The position numbers and the translations under genes were made by a program. The notes under the pieces are model-generated. The model saw only the letters and a list, made by a program, of their open reading frames with translations, was not told the DNA's origin and did no database searches. 64,000 bases of DNA from Nitrospirales bacterium (GTDB lineage: Bacteria > Nitrospirota > Nitrospiria > Nitrospirales > UBA8639): the NCBI GenBank assembly GCA_963555755.3, contig OY820905.2:3777196-3841195 (forward strand), given 5' to 3'. Of the stretch, positions 9,124-18,894 are shown one piece after another (the first letter of the stretch is position 1; every line of letters begins with the position of its first letter).

Positions 9124-9948
9124 ATGCCTGAACTTCCTGAAGTCGAAGTCGTTCGACGACAGCTCGAATCACACATAGTTGGGGCCACCATCCAGAACAT
9201 TTGGATCGGTCGTGACGATATCGTTCGTCAGGGGTTAGGAAGCCTTCCCTGGTACACAGGGGCCCGGCTGATTGATGTCCAACGACAGGGAAAAAGTCTG
9301 TCGATGGTGTGCCAACAAGGCGGAGAACGTCGCTACCTGGTGGCTGAGCTGGGGATGACCGGGCTGCTGCTCTTTGATCGTCGGTTAGTGCCAAGTGAGA
9401 AGCACCTGCATATGACTATCCACTTATCGAATAGCCAACAGGGCGCGCTTCATTATTGGAACGCACGACGGTTTGGAAGGCTGTATTTGTTTGATGAGAC
9501 GGAATGGGAAGCCTATCGTCAGCGACGTTTTGGAGTCGATCCGTTGACCGTTTCAGCAGAGGTTTTTTTGAGGTTAATACAAGGGTGTCGTGGTCGCGTG
9601 AAAGCGTTGTTGCTGAATCAGCAACGTATCGCGGGGATCGGAAATATCTATGCCAACGAAATGCTCTTTCGTGCCGGCATTCATCCGGATGCCCAGGGGA
9701 ATCGTTTGTCCAAAAAGAGAATTCAATTGTTGTTTGAGGAGATGCAGAAGGTGCTTGCCGATGCGATCCACGGAGGTGGCTCTTCCATTCGAGACTACTT
9801 GTCTCCAGACGGCAGGCGAGGACAATTTCAAAATTATCATCAGGTGTATCAAAAAAAGGGGCAGCCTTGTCCCCGTTGCTCCACCCCTATTCGTCGGCTG
9901 GTTAGTGAACGTAGTTCGTTTTTTTGTTCTACTTGTCAGAAGCGATAA
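9124..9948 (+). CDS. mutM: Formamidopyrimidine-DNA glycosylase
   Basis: MPELPEVE, LGMTG, GIGNIYANE, C-terminal zinc finger. Confidence 0.97.
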   Translation: MPELPEVEVVRRQLESHIVGATIQNIWIGRDDIVRQGLGSLPWYTGARLIDVQRQGKSLSMVCQQGGERRYLVAELGMTGLLLFDRRLVPSEKHLHMTIHLSNSQQGALHYWNARRFGRLYLFDETEWEAYRQRRFGVDPLTVSAEVFLRLIQGCRGRVKALLLNQQRIAGIGNIYANEMLFRAGIHPDAQGNRLSKKRIQLLFEEMQKVLADAIHGGGSSIRDYLSPDGRRGQFQNYHQVYQKKGQPCPRCSTPIRRLVSERSSFFCSTCQKR

Positions 9949-9954
9949 TTTTAT

Positions 9955-10385
9955 GCGGGGTGTCGTCCCCGCACGACGAGGTCCTTTTGTTTTGGCAAAA
10001 GTACCTCGTCTGCAGGGGCGAAACCCTGCATTTAATAACTCCCTAAGAGACCCATTCCTCAACCCTACCTTCCGCAAAGAAGAACCCAACCTGGATTCCC
10101 GATAAAAAATGTCGGGAATGACTGATCAAATAGTTGCAGGCAAATTTTTTTCATCTCATATTTCTTGGTCTTATAGATTCCAAACGCCTTTCACCCCGCG
10201 TTGGGTGCGGCGGAGCCGCAGCCCCGAATCGACTTTTCGGCGAGGGCTGTTTGAGCGGAGCGAGTTCCCTCGCCATCTTATTCGGGGCGGAGGCGGAGGG
10301 ACCCGTAGGGCCGCGCACGGGCGAAAATGGTTTTGGCTCCTTTTGCCGAAACAAAAGGACCTCGTCTGCAGGGGCGAAACCCTGC
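9955..10385 (+). repeat. Two family B repeat units (9955-10122 and 10203-10385)
   Basis: Family consensus motifs and a CTGGATTCCCG..CGGGAATGAC palindrome. Confidence 0.8.
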
Positions 10386-10523
10386 ATAAGATAATTTCCA
10401 GCGAAGCAAATCACATTTTATTAGCCCTGTACCGGGGGTCGATGTTTTTGTTGAGGGCCTGAGCCCCCTTTGCTAGAATGCTGCTGCGGTGTTTTCTAAT
10501 CCAGGAGGTTTCCAAAGTCTCAC

Positions 10524-11501
10524 GTGCGTAAAGTCAAACTTCGTGAAGGGGTGGACCTCGCTAATCTCTTTGGACCGCGGGATATGCATCTCCGGTTGAT
10601 TGAGGATGGCTTGCAGGTCCGGGTATCTGCGAGGGGTGATGAAGTCACTCTCGAAGGTCAGCCGGAGGCGGTTGGGCGTGCCGAACACCTTCTCTGCGAG
10701 TTGGCTGAACGGACGATCGGGCGGCGTCAATTAAAATCCGAAGACGTGACCCGGGCACTGAAAGCCACGGAAATTGACGCTCCTCCCAAGGCCGAATTTC
10801 TCGATCCTGCTCCTATCTTTACTCCCAAAGGGTCAGTTGTTCCGAAGACCCCCACTCAGCATTTGTACATCGAAGCGATTCAAAAACATGATTTGGTCAT
10901 TGGTATTGGTCCGGCGGGGACGGGCAAGACCTATTTGGCCATGGCCATGGCCTTGGGCGCGTTGATGAGAAAAGAGGTGAGTCGGATTGTGTTGGCGCGG
11001 CCTGCGGTCGAAGCCGGTGAGCGCTTGGGGTTTTTACCGGGGGACATGTACGCAAAAGTCCATCCGTATTTACGACCGTTGTATGACGCGTTGTATGGCA
11101 TGATGGATATGGATCGGGCGAATCGGTTGATAGAGCGTGGAGACATTGAGTTGGCCCCGCTAGCCTTTATGCGTGGGCGTACCTTGAACGATGCGTTTGT
11201 GATTTTGGATGAAGCCCAAAACGCCACGGCGGAACAGATGAAAATGTTTCTCACGCGGCTTGGGTCTAACTCTAAAGCCGTGGTTACGGGTGATATCACG
11301 CAAGTGGACTTGCCCCCGGATCGTACGTCGGGGTTGATCCAAGTGACTGAAATTCTTCGGGCGGTTGAGGGAATTAAATTTATTTATTTTCACGAACGAG
11401 ATATTGTGCGACATCGGTTGGTGCAAGATATTATTTTGGCCTATAACCAGCATGGGAATGAGGCTGGTCACGATCAGACGAGATCCGACGGAACGAAATA
11501 A
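10524..11501 (+). CDS. phoH: PhoH-like ATPase
   Basis: GPAGTGKT, RPAVEAGERLGFLPG, DEAQN. Confidence 0.95.
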   Translation: MRKVKLREGVDLANLFGPRDMHLRLIEDGLQVRVSARGDEVTLEGQPEAVGRAEHLLCELAERTIGRRQLKSEDVTRALKATEIDAPPKAEFLDPAPIFTPKGSVVPKTPTQHLYIEAIQKHDLVIGIGPAGTGKTYLAMAMALGALMRKEVSRIVLARPAVEAGERLGFLPGDMYAKVHPYLRPLYDALYGMMDMDRANRLIERGDIELAPLAFMRGRTLNDAFVILDEAQNATAEQMKMFLTRLGSNSKAVVTGDITQVDLPPDRTSGLIQVTEILRAVEGIKFIYFHERDIVRHRLVQDIILAYNQHGNEAGHDQTRSDGTK

Positions 11502-11595
11502 TTGATTTTCCCTTCCTGAACGTTCGGAACCGTTTTCTCAAAACCATTTAAACTTGCTATTCCCCGTAGCTTGCTACGGGGTAACCTAATGAGGT

Positions 11596-11626
11596 CCCCC
11601 CTTTGGAAAAGGGGGTTAGGGGGATT
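11596..11626 (+). repeat. Solo copy of the DUF559-associated REP-like hairpin
   Basis: CCCCCCTTTGGAAAAGGGGGTTAGGGGGATTT matches 17233-17265. Confidence 0.75.
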
Positions 11627-11707
11627 TTCAAATCATTGTTTCCTCTGAATACCCCGTCAGCTTGCTGCGGGGATCTTTATTCCCTGGTTTGCAGGATGGT
11701 GTGGACC

Positions 11708-12163
11708 ATGCCAGTCTTCGTTCGTAGTCGTGTGCATCGTGTGCTGGTTCGAGAGGCTGCGGTCCGGCGTATTGTTCAAAAGCTTCTAGCATGTGTGGGA
11801 GAGGCCGCCTCCGAGATCAGCATCGAATTCGTGGGTGGTGCGCGCATGCGTCGTTTGAATCGTGACTACCGACAGAAAGACCGAACCACCGATGTGTTAG
11901 CCTTTGCCTGTCGTGAGGCCGGCGGTCCGGCATCGCCGATGCTTGGCGATGTGGTGGTTTCAGTCCCTACGGCCATGCGGCAGGCGGTTTCTTTGAAACA
12001 TTCGTTGGACGAAGAACTCGTTCGATTATTGATTCATGGCCTGTTGCATGTAGTAGGGTATGATCACGAATGTGGTGAAAAAGAAGCTCGACGGATGCGC
12101 CGCAAAGAAGAGAAGCTTTTTGAAGCACTCAAACCCTTACCGAAATTGGTTGCCAGGTCGTGA
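11708..12163 (+). CDS. ybeY: rRNA maturation RNase YbeY
   Basis: DRTTDVLAF, LGDVVVS, HGLLHVVGYDH. Confidence 0.95.
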   Translation: MPVFVRSRVHRVLVREAAVRRIVQKLLACVGEAASEISIEFVGGARMRRLNRDYRQKDRTTDVLAFACREAGGPASPMLGDVVVSVPTAMRQAVSLKHSLDEELVRLLIHGLLHVVGYDHECGEKEARRMRRKEEKLFEALKPLPKLVARS

Positions 12164-12201
12164 TGCGTAATGCGTGAAGCGTGATGAGTAAGGAAAAAAG
12201 A

Positions 12202-12769
12202 GTGACGAATGGGTTGAAAACGCATAAAGATCTGGATGCATGGAATAAAGCAATGGAACTTGTTGAATGGGGCTGTTGAATAATTCACGTCAATAGCCAA
12301 TAAACGCTCCATATGAGCCCCACACCGAGTGGGAGGGAATGTTGAAAAAAGTCCGTCCAGCAAGGCCGCAGCCCTTTTGACGCGCGGAGCGTACACTTTG
12401 TACGTGAGCACGGCAAAAGGGCGAGAACGCCGCTGGCGGCTTTTTTCAACATTCCCTGAATCTATTTACAGGCTAACGACTCAATACCCCAAGGAAGAGA
12501 CGTATGGATTAACGTTGCAGACAAGACGGTCGGCCATTTCGATCCCGAGCAATATTGCTGAGGGTGCGGCGAGAAAATCTAAAAAAGAATTTATTCAATT
12601 TTTGCATATAGCCCTCGGGTCGCTTGCGGAACTAGAAACACAACTTATATTAGCGGCCAGGTTGAAATTTATTAGAAACCAACATGAGTTGAACCAAGTT
12701 AATCAGTTAAGGCAAATTCTCTTAGGCCTCTTGCGTTATTTGAAGCGAAGATCGGCTGCCAGTGAATAG
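12202..12769 (+). pseudogene. Four-helix-bundle protein (23S rRNA IVS / Avd-like family) interrupted by a MITE
   Basis: KTHKDLDAWNKAMELVE + SIYRLT...RRSAISIPSNIAEG...SLAELETQL rejoin in frame when 12269-12456 and one TGAAT are removed. Confidence 0.9.
12269..12456 (+). mobile_element. MITE family G-A, 5-bp TSD TGAAT
   Basis: GGGGCTGTTGAA...TTCAACATTCCC; TGAAT at 12264-12268 and 12457-12461. Confidence 0.9.
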
Positions 12770-12819
12770 GCGGTTGCTCAGTAACGCTTTACGCATCACG
12801 CATTACGGATAACGAATCT

Positions 12820-13725
12820 ATGAGTTGGATTGAACGGCTTAAGGAAGGTTTAAATAAAACCCGCAAAGGCGTGCAACGCTCGCTGCTGCAGTTAGTCGGA
12901 CAGGGGCATGATCCCGCGGTGTTAGAAGAAGTCGAGGCCTCGCTGTTGGGGGCTGATGTTGGTGTTCGCGCGGTGGATCGTTTGATGGAGCGCCTTCGCG
13001 ATGAGGTGGGTGGGGATTCGATCCAGACGTTGAAGGACACCCTTGTCGAGATTTTGGCGCCGGCTCAATCTGACTCGATAGAAACGGTGATTCGCTCGGG
13101 ACCCAAGCCTTTTGTTATTTTGGGGGTGGGGGTAAACGGAGTCGGGAAAACCACCAGCATGGCGAAACTTGCCAGTCGGTTGAAACGTCAAGGATTGACG
13201 CCCTTACTCATTGCCGCGGACACCTTTCGTGCCGCGGCGATCGAACAATTGGAGATTTGGGGAAACCGGATTGGGGTTGATGTGATTAAGCACCGACAAG
13301 GCGCCGATCCCTCCGCGGTGGTTTTTGACGGCTTGGCCGCAGCGAAGGCGCGTGGGGTCGATGTGGTTCTCATTGACACCGCTGGTCGATTGCACACCAA
13401 AGTCAATTTGATGGATGAGTTAAAAAAGATGAAACGTATCCTCGATCGGGAACTGCCTGGCGCGCCGCATGAAGTGTTACTCACCCTCGATGGAACCATT
13501 GGACAAAATTCGTTGGCTCAGGTGAAGCAATTCCATGAGGCAATCGGAGTTACGGGATTGGCTTTGGCGAAGCTTGATGGTACGTCAAAGGGTGGAGTGG
13601 TGGTGGCTATTGCCCAAGAATTCGCGATTCCCGTGCGCCTCATTGGAGTGGGCGAACAGGAAGAAGATTTACAAGATTTTCAGGCGCGGGAATTTGCTGA
13701 TGCCCTGCTCGAGGTTCAGGAATAA
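12820..13725 (+). CDS. ftsY: SRP receptor FtsY
   Basis: GVNGVGKTT, DTFRAAA, DTAGR, KLDGTSKGG. Confidence 0.97.
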   Translation: MSWIERLKEGLNKTRKGVQRSLLQLVGQGHDPAVLEEVEASLLGADVGVRAVDRLMERLRDEVGGDSIQTLKDTLVEILAPAQSDSIETVIRSGPKPFVILGVGVNGVGKTTSMAKLASRLKRQGLTPLLIAADTFRAAAIEQLEIWGNRIGVDVIKHRQGADPSAVVFDGLAAAKARGVDVVLIDTAGRLHTKVNLMDELKKMKRILDRELPGAPHEVLLTLDGTIGQNSLAQVKQFHEAIGVTGLALAKLDGTSKGGVVVAIAQEFAIPVRLIGVGEQEEDLQDFQAREFADALLEVQE

Positions 13726-13729
13726 ATGA

Positions 13730-13958
13730 GGGGATGTTGAAAAATGGCGTCAGCCTACGCCGGAGCTTCGGCAGACAAGCCAGCGGCGTTCTCGGCTCTT
13801 TGTCGTGCTCACGTACTCACCCGTACGCTCCGCGCGCCAAAGCGCCTGGGGCCTTGCTGAGCGCACCTTTTTGAACATCCCCCTACAAGCTTGGCGTTTT
13901 ATAAGATGAACTACGCGATAACGGCATTATTAAAATTTAAGTACTATTCAATAGGCCC
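13730..13958 (-). mobile_element. MITE family G-A, reverse orientation, TSD AATGA
   Basis: AATGA at 13725-13729 and 13959-13963; core motifs reversed. Confidence 0.85.
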
Positions 13959-13959
13959 A

Positions 13960-16107
13960 ATGAAACAATGTATCGTGGCGATGGGGTGTGGTGTGCTGGC
14001 TTGGGCTGGTGGTGGCCTTTTTTGTTATGCCGCCGAATTGAAAATTCAGCATCATGAGTTGGTGGTGGAGCTTTACCCATCAAGCCATACGATTGTGGCA
14101 CACGACACGATACAATTGGTTGGATTGCCTGAGAGTGAACCGATTATTCGTGTGAGTTTAAATCCCTATCTTGACATTGAAGAGGTGTTGGTTGGAGGTG
14201 GACCCTTAAATTTTTGGGAAGAGGCGCTGTTCTCTTCACCGGGCCGTGATGACTCCTCTGATTCTCAACTCACCCGAACTGTCGAAATTCGCTTGCCCTC
14301 CATGCCGGTTGATCGAGAGTCCTTGATTCTGCGGATTTTCTATCGTGGACACATCAATGATCCGCCGCGAGCGGCGCCCGGTTTGCGTTTTGTGCGACCC
14401 GATAAGACCAACGGACATATCGGTGAAGATGGCGTGTATTTAACCTCGGAAACCTTGTGGTATCCTGACGTCCTAGGATCTTTGGCGACGTTTCATGTCA
14501 CGGTCACACTCCCGAGTGATTGGCGCGCGGTCACCCATGGCCAGGAAGTGTCGTATGTGTCCCAAAGGAATACCTCAACGGCGGAATGGGTCGTCCGGTC
14601 CAATACGGAAGCGTTGACCTTGGCGGCCAATCGGTTCATGAAACAAGATCGACAATGGCATGGCATTGAAATTGCCACATATTTGTTTCCCGAGGATGAC
14701 CATTTGGCTACGCAGTATTTGGACGCCATCGTGCATTACCTGGAATTGTACACGGAGATCTTGGGGCCGTATCCGTTTCCGAAGTTTGCGGTCGTCGAAA
14801 ATTTTTTCCCGAGTGGGCTGGGCCTGCCGTCGTTTACGTTATTAGGAAGTCGCGTGATTAAGCGAAGGTACACGCAACCATATTCACTTGGTCATGAAGT
14901 GGTGCATTCGTGGATGGGCAATTCCGTGTTGAACCATTTTGAAACCGGCAATTGGGTTGAAGGTCTGACAACGTATCTGGCCAATTATTATTATGAAGAA
15001 CGGTTCGAGGGGCATGAGAAAGCCGTGGCCCATCGCCGGCGAATGATGGTGGAGTATAGCTTGTACAGCCATCCAAAAAATGATTACGCGGTGGTGAACT
15101 TTCATCATAAGGAAAATCGTGTGGATAACGCCATCGGGTATCAAAAGACCGCGATGATTTTTCACATGCTGCGACGGCAGATTGGGGATGACGTATTTTT
15201 CCGAGGTGTTCGCCAGTTGGTGGCCGAGTACACTGGTCGTTATGCCGGATGGAGTGAGTTGCAGCGTGTGTTTGAGCAGACGTCAGGAGCGGATTTATCC
15301 TGGTTTTTTATTCAATGGGTGGAACGGCCAGGAGCTCCGATGCTGGCTATTCAGGAAGCACGTGTTCAACCTGCTGCAGGCGAGGGTTTTTGGATTCGCC
15401 TTCGGGTGTCTCAGACTGGGGATTCTTACCGATTGCAGGTACCCGTTGTCATTCAATTGGATCAAGAAAATGTCTATCGTGCGATTTTCGATCTGCGGGG
15501 ACACGATCAATTGGTGTCACTGTGGGTTCCAACGAAGCCCATTCGTCTCACGCTTGATCCGGAATATCAGACATTTAGACGACTGAAGCGCAGCCAAATT
15601 CCGCCTATGTTGAATCTTTGGGTGACGGATCGGCATCGAGCCGTGTCTGTGCCGCCAGCAGAATCGGGACAAGCGTTGTTTCGTCCGGCGTTGGATCGAA
15701 TTCGATCTCAACAGGATGATGTTGTCTGGTTGGAGGGCATGGGTTATTCATCAGATGCCCAATCCGTGTTGGCGTTTGGGCGGCCCAATCAGAACGCTGT
15801 AACAGCGGAGCTCCTTCGTTGGTGTGGCCCACGCATCACCGTGAATGAACGTGCAGTGACGATAGACGGCACAACCTTTTCAGGTGAAAATGTGGCTGTC
15901 CTTGTCAGCTGCGCGAATCCGAATCATCCCGACCATGTTGGCACGGCCTTTTTTGGTTTGGGCCCGGACGCGGTTTCTCGCGTGGCACGGCTCTTATTTT
16001 TTTATGGTTGGGATAGTTATCTTGTGTACAAAAATGGAAAAGTGATTGGACGCGGTTCCTTTGCTCCCAAGGCGCAAGACCTAACCGTCGAATTGCAAGC
16101 AGCATGA
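13960..16107 (+). CDS. M1 family aminopeptidase
   Basis: GHEVVHSW...WVEGLTTY zinc motif; signal peptide from ATG 13960. Confidence 0.9.
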   Translation: MKQCIVAMGCGVLAWAGGGLFCYAAELKIQHHELVVELYPSSHTIVAHDTIQLVGLPESEPIIRVSLNPYLDIEEVLVGGGPLNFWEEALFSSPGRDDSSDSQLTRTVEIRLPSMPVDRESLILRIFYRGHINDPPRAAPGLRFVRPDKTNGHIGEDGVYLTSETLWYPDVLGSLATFHVTVTLPSDWRAVTHGQEVSYVSQRNTSTAEWVVRSNTEALTLAANRFMKQDRQWHGIEIATYLFPEDDHLATQYLDAIVHYLELYTEILGPYPFPKFAVVENFFPSGLGLPSFTLLGSRVIKRRYTQPYSLGHEVVHSWMGNSVLNHFETGNWVEGLTTYLANYYYEERFEGHEKAVAHRRRMMVEYSLYSHPKNDYAVVNFHHKENRVDNAIGYQKTAMIFHMLRRQIGDDVFFRGVRQLVAEYTGRYAGWSELQRVFEQTSGADLSWFFIQWVERPGAPMLAIQEARVQPAAGEGFWIRLRVSQTGDSYRLQVPVVIQLDQENVYRAIFDLRGHDQLVSLWVPTKPIRLTLDPEYQTFRRLKRSQIPPMLNLWVTDRHRAVSVPPAESGQALFRPALDRIRSQQDDVVWLEGMGYSSDAQSVLAFGRPNQNAVTAELLRWCGPRITVNERAVTIDGTTFSGENVAVLVSCANPNHPDHVGTAFFGLGPDAVSRVARLLFFYGWDSYLVYKNGKVIGRGSFAPKAQDLTVELQAA

Positions 16108-17225
16108 GGAGATTTACGAACATGGTTCAGGCGAAAACAGTGGTAGGGTTGTTTGTGTTGTGTGTCGTGGTCATGACTACGTGGACTCAAGAGACCTTGG
16201 CATTGGAGCCACAGGTTGGTGGAGAATCATCCCAAGCTCAGGACGTTGAACGCCATTTGGCGAATATTCGGCAATTGACCGCTGGTGGAAAAAACGCAGA
16301 GGCCTATTTTTCGTTTGATGGGGATCGCCTGATCTTCCAATCGACAAAAGACCCCGTAAGCCAAACCTTACAAGACTGTCACCAGATGTACGTTATGGAT
16401 TTGAAAGGTGAAAACATCTATCGAGTGAGTACGGGATACGGGGGAACGACCTGCGGCTATTTCTTCCCCGGAGGACGACGAGTGCTGTTCTCGTCTACTC
16501 ATATGACGGGGTTTCAATGCCCACCCAAACCTCAACGAGGTGCACGATATCGTTGGGCGTTAGATGATTATGATATTTTTTCCGTGAAAATCGATGGCCG
16601 AGATTTGCAACGGCTTACCAGCTCACGCGGATATGATGCTGAGGCGACCATTTCTCCTAATGGACGAACCATGGTCTTCACCTCTGTCCGAGATGGGGAT
16701 ATTGATCTCTATACCATGAATATTGATGGCTCTGGCGTGAAGAGATTAACGAACGAAGTGGGGTATGAGGGAGGCGCGTTTTTCTCACCTGATAGCAAAC
16801 GGATTGTGTATCGCGCTCAACACCCCAAGACCCCTGAAGAATTGAAGGCCTACAAAGATCTGTTAGCCCAAAACCTGATTGAGCCAGGCAATCTCGAACT
16901 CTTTGTCATGAATGCCGACGGATCCGAGAAACGGCAAGTGACATTCAATGGAGCCTCAAACTTTGCGCCCTATTTTCATGTTGATGGACGACAAATTATT
17001 TTTTCTTCGAATGTGTCCGATCCTCCAGGTGGCAAGGGCCGGCCGGCGTTTCAGTTACATCTCATCAATGATGATGGAACGGGCATGGAACAGATCACGT
17101 TCAAGGGGCACTTCAATAGCTTCCCGATGTTTTCTCCCGATGGAAAACTGTTGGTGTGGGTGTCGGACCGAAACACCACGACCCGCGGCGAATTTAACGT
17201 GTTCCTTGCCGATTGGGTTCCGTGA
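16104..17225 (+). CDS. TolB-like PD40 beta-propeller protein
   Basis: NAEAYFSFDG and repeated FSPDG-type blades. Confidence 0.9.
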   Translation: MRRFTNMVQAKTVVGLFVLCVVVMTTWTQETLALEPQVGGESSQAQDVERHLANIRQLTAGGKNAEAYFSFDGDRLIFQSTKDPVSQTLQDCHQMYVMDLKGENIYRVSTGYGGTTCGYFFPGGRRVLFSSTHMTGFQCPPKPQRGARYRWALDDYDIFSVKIDGRDLQRLTSSRGYDAEATISPNGRTMVFTSVRDGDIDLYTMNIDGSGVKRLTNEVGYEGGAFFSPDSKRIVYRAQHPKTPEELKAYKDLLAQNLIEPGNLELFVMNADGSEKRQVTFNGASNFAPYFHVDGRQIIFSSNVSDPPGGKGRPAFQLHLINDDGTGMEQITFKGHFNSFPMFSPDGKLLVWVSDRNTTTRGEFNVFLADWVP

Positions 17226-17232
17226 GATTAGG

Positions 17233-17703
17233 CCCCCCTTTGAAAAAGGGGGGTTGGGGGGATTTTTCTCGGGGGGATTTCCATTGATCAAATACAACCG
17301 ACATTACAAGCCGGAGGCACGAATGCTTCGAAAAACCATGACCGATGCTGAGCAAATGTTATGGAGTCGGTTGCGACGGAAACAAATTCAGAACGTGCAA
17401 TTCTACAGGCAAAAATGCATGGGGGATTTTATCGTAGACTTTTACGCTCCGAAGGCCAAGCTTGTCATTGAGGTCGATGGATCGCAACACTTCGAAAAAC
17501 CTAATCAAATGAAAGACCAGCAGCGTGACGCTTGTCTCAAACGCGAGGGGTTGCGAGTCATTCGATTCCACAACGGCCAGGTGTTACAAGAAATTGAAAG
17601 TGTCAGGGAAGCCGTTTATCAAACGGTGACATCGCGATTAGCTTAAACCTCTTGATGAATAACACGTGTTCAATCCCCCTCAATCCCCCTTTGAAAAAGG
17701 GGG
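17233..17703. repeat. Inverted pair of C/G-rich REP-like hairpins flanking DUF559 (17233-17265 and 17672-17703)
   Basis: CCCCCCTTTGAAAAAGGGGGG-TTGGGGGGATTT and its near reverse complement. Confidence 0.8.
17284..17646 (+). CDS. DUF559 (Vsr-like) endonuclease domain protein
   Basis: ARMLRKTMTDAEQMLWSRLR...FYRQ...IVDFY...LVIEVDGSQH...RD..L...G.RVIRF.N; start inferred at TTG 17284. Confidence 0.9.
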   Translation: MIKYNRHYKPEARMLRKTMTDAEQMLWSRLRRKQIQNVQFYRQKCMGDFIVDFYAPKAKLVIEVDGSQHFEKPNQMKDQQRDACLKREGLRVIRFHNGQVLQEIESVREAVYQTVTSRLA

Positions 17704-17740
17704 AGGTCAACACGCCTTTGTTCCTGTTGGGGGGAAAGCC

Positions 17741-18772
17741 GTGAGTCGATTGAAACCCTTGGCCATTATTTTTCTCTCCTGCGTCATTTTTTCCCTCTCC
17801 CTATTTTCTCTATCCCAACTGGACTACCAGGCGATCTTGTTTGTGCGTTCCCTTCATAACCCGATCATAGCACAGCTCGGGAATATCGGGAGTCGTCTTG
17901 GGCATGGAGGGACGTTAATCCTGGTCAGTATCGCCTTGTTCCTCGTCGGATACGTGTGGAAAAAAGATATATTTCGGCAGGTCGGAATCGATACCTTTGT
18001 CGCACATATGGCTGCGGGCATTGCCGTGCAAATTCCCAAGCACGTGATCGGTCGTCCACGGCCTCGATGGACGCATCAAAATGCCTTTGAATATGGCCCC
18101 ACGTTTCAAAGCGGCCTTGATACGTTTCCCTCCGGCCATACCACGGCCTCCTTTGCCGTGGCCGCTGTGCTTGCCCGCTCTTTTCCGGGGATGTCTTGGC
18201 TGTGGTATGGGGCCGCGTCATTCATCGCGCTCAGCCGTTTTTTGGGTGGTTCGCACTTTCCTACCGACGTACTTGTCGGAGCCGTGCTGGGGTACCTCGT
18301 GGGATATGTGTGTGCTCGACCATATAAGGAATGGCGGCAATCTTTGTATCAGGCTCTTCCGCTTGGATTACCTCTGCTGATCGGAGGACTTACCTTATTC
18401 TGGATCACGTTTCGCCAGCCTTTTTCCGGGGGGCTTGCGATTGGGATGGATTGGGTTGGGCTGTTCTTGCTGTTTGGAGGATTGGCCATGCGTTGGAATC
18501 TCATTCGGAATAATCTCTATGTTCCAGCCCGCGCACATGGCGTGATGTTTGAGGGGTCTTTGTTGATTGGGTTTGGACTTGCGCTGACAACCCATTCCCC
18601 CCTAGTGGTCATGTTGGCGAGTTTGGCTGGTCTGGTATGGTGGATACGGTTTGTTGGTGAGAAGGAAAATATGGATCAATACTTCCTTGCACGGGAAATT
18701 CTTCTGTGTTTTTTTCTGGTCGTGGTAACCGTGACGTTCCGGGGATTAAATGGGCTCATTCCACTGCAGTAA
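17741..18772 (+). CDS. PAP2 family membrane phosphatase
   Basis: K..IGRPRP, FPSGHT, SRFLGGSHFPTDV. Confidence 0.9.
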   Translation: MSRLKPLAIIFLSCVIFSLSLFSLSQLDYQAILFVRSLHNPIIAQLGNIGSRLGHGGTLILVSIALFLVGYVWKKDIFRQVGIDTFVAHMAAGIAVQIPKHVIGRPRPRWTHQNAFEYGPTFQSGLDTFPSGHTTASFAVAAVLARSFPGMSWLWYGAASFIALSRFLGGSHFPTDVLVGAVLGYLVGYVCARPYKEWRQSLYQALPLGLPLLIGGLTLFWITFRQPFSGGLAIGMDWVGLFLLFGGLAMRWNLIRNNLYVPARAHGVMFEGSLLIGFGLALTTHSPLVVMLASLAGLVWWIRFVGEKENMDQYFLAREILLCFFLVVVTVTFRGLNGLIPLQ

Positions 18773-18894
18773 GGGCTTCGTAATCCGTGAACCGTGAAGA
18801 GACCTTATGACTGCCCTTTGTAGAAAGCCACGACTGTCAAGCTGTGGCCTCCACTCATTACTCTTCACGGTTCACGGTTCACGGTTCACGGTTG

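Noticed and set aside
12202-12769. Diversity-generating retroelement suggested by the Avd-like protein
   Set aside because: No RT gene and no template/variable repeat pair seen nearby.
16948-17283. N-terminal extension making DUF559 a 232-aa protein
   Set aside because: It overlaps the PD40 gene in another frame and runs through the REP-like repeat. Homology starts near 17284.
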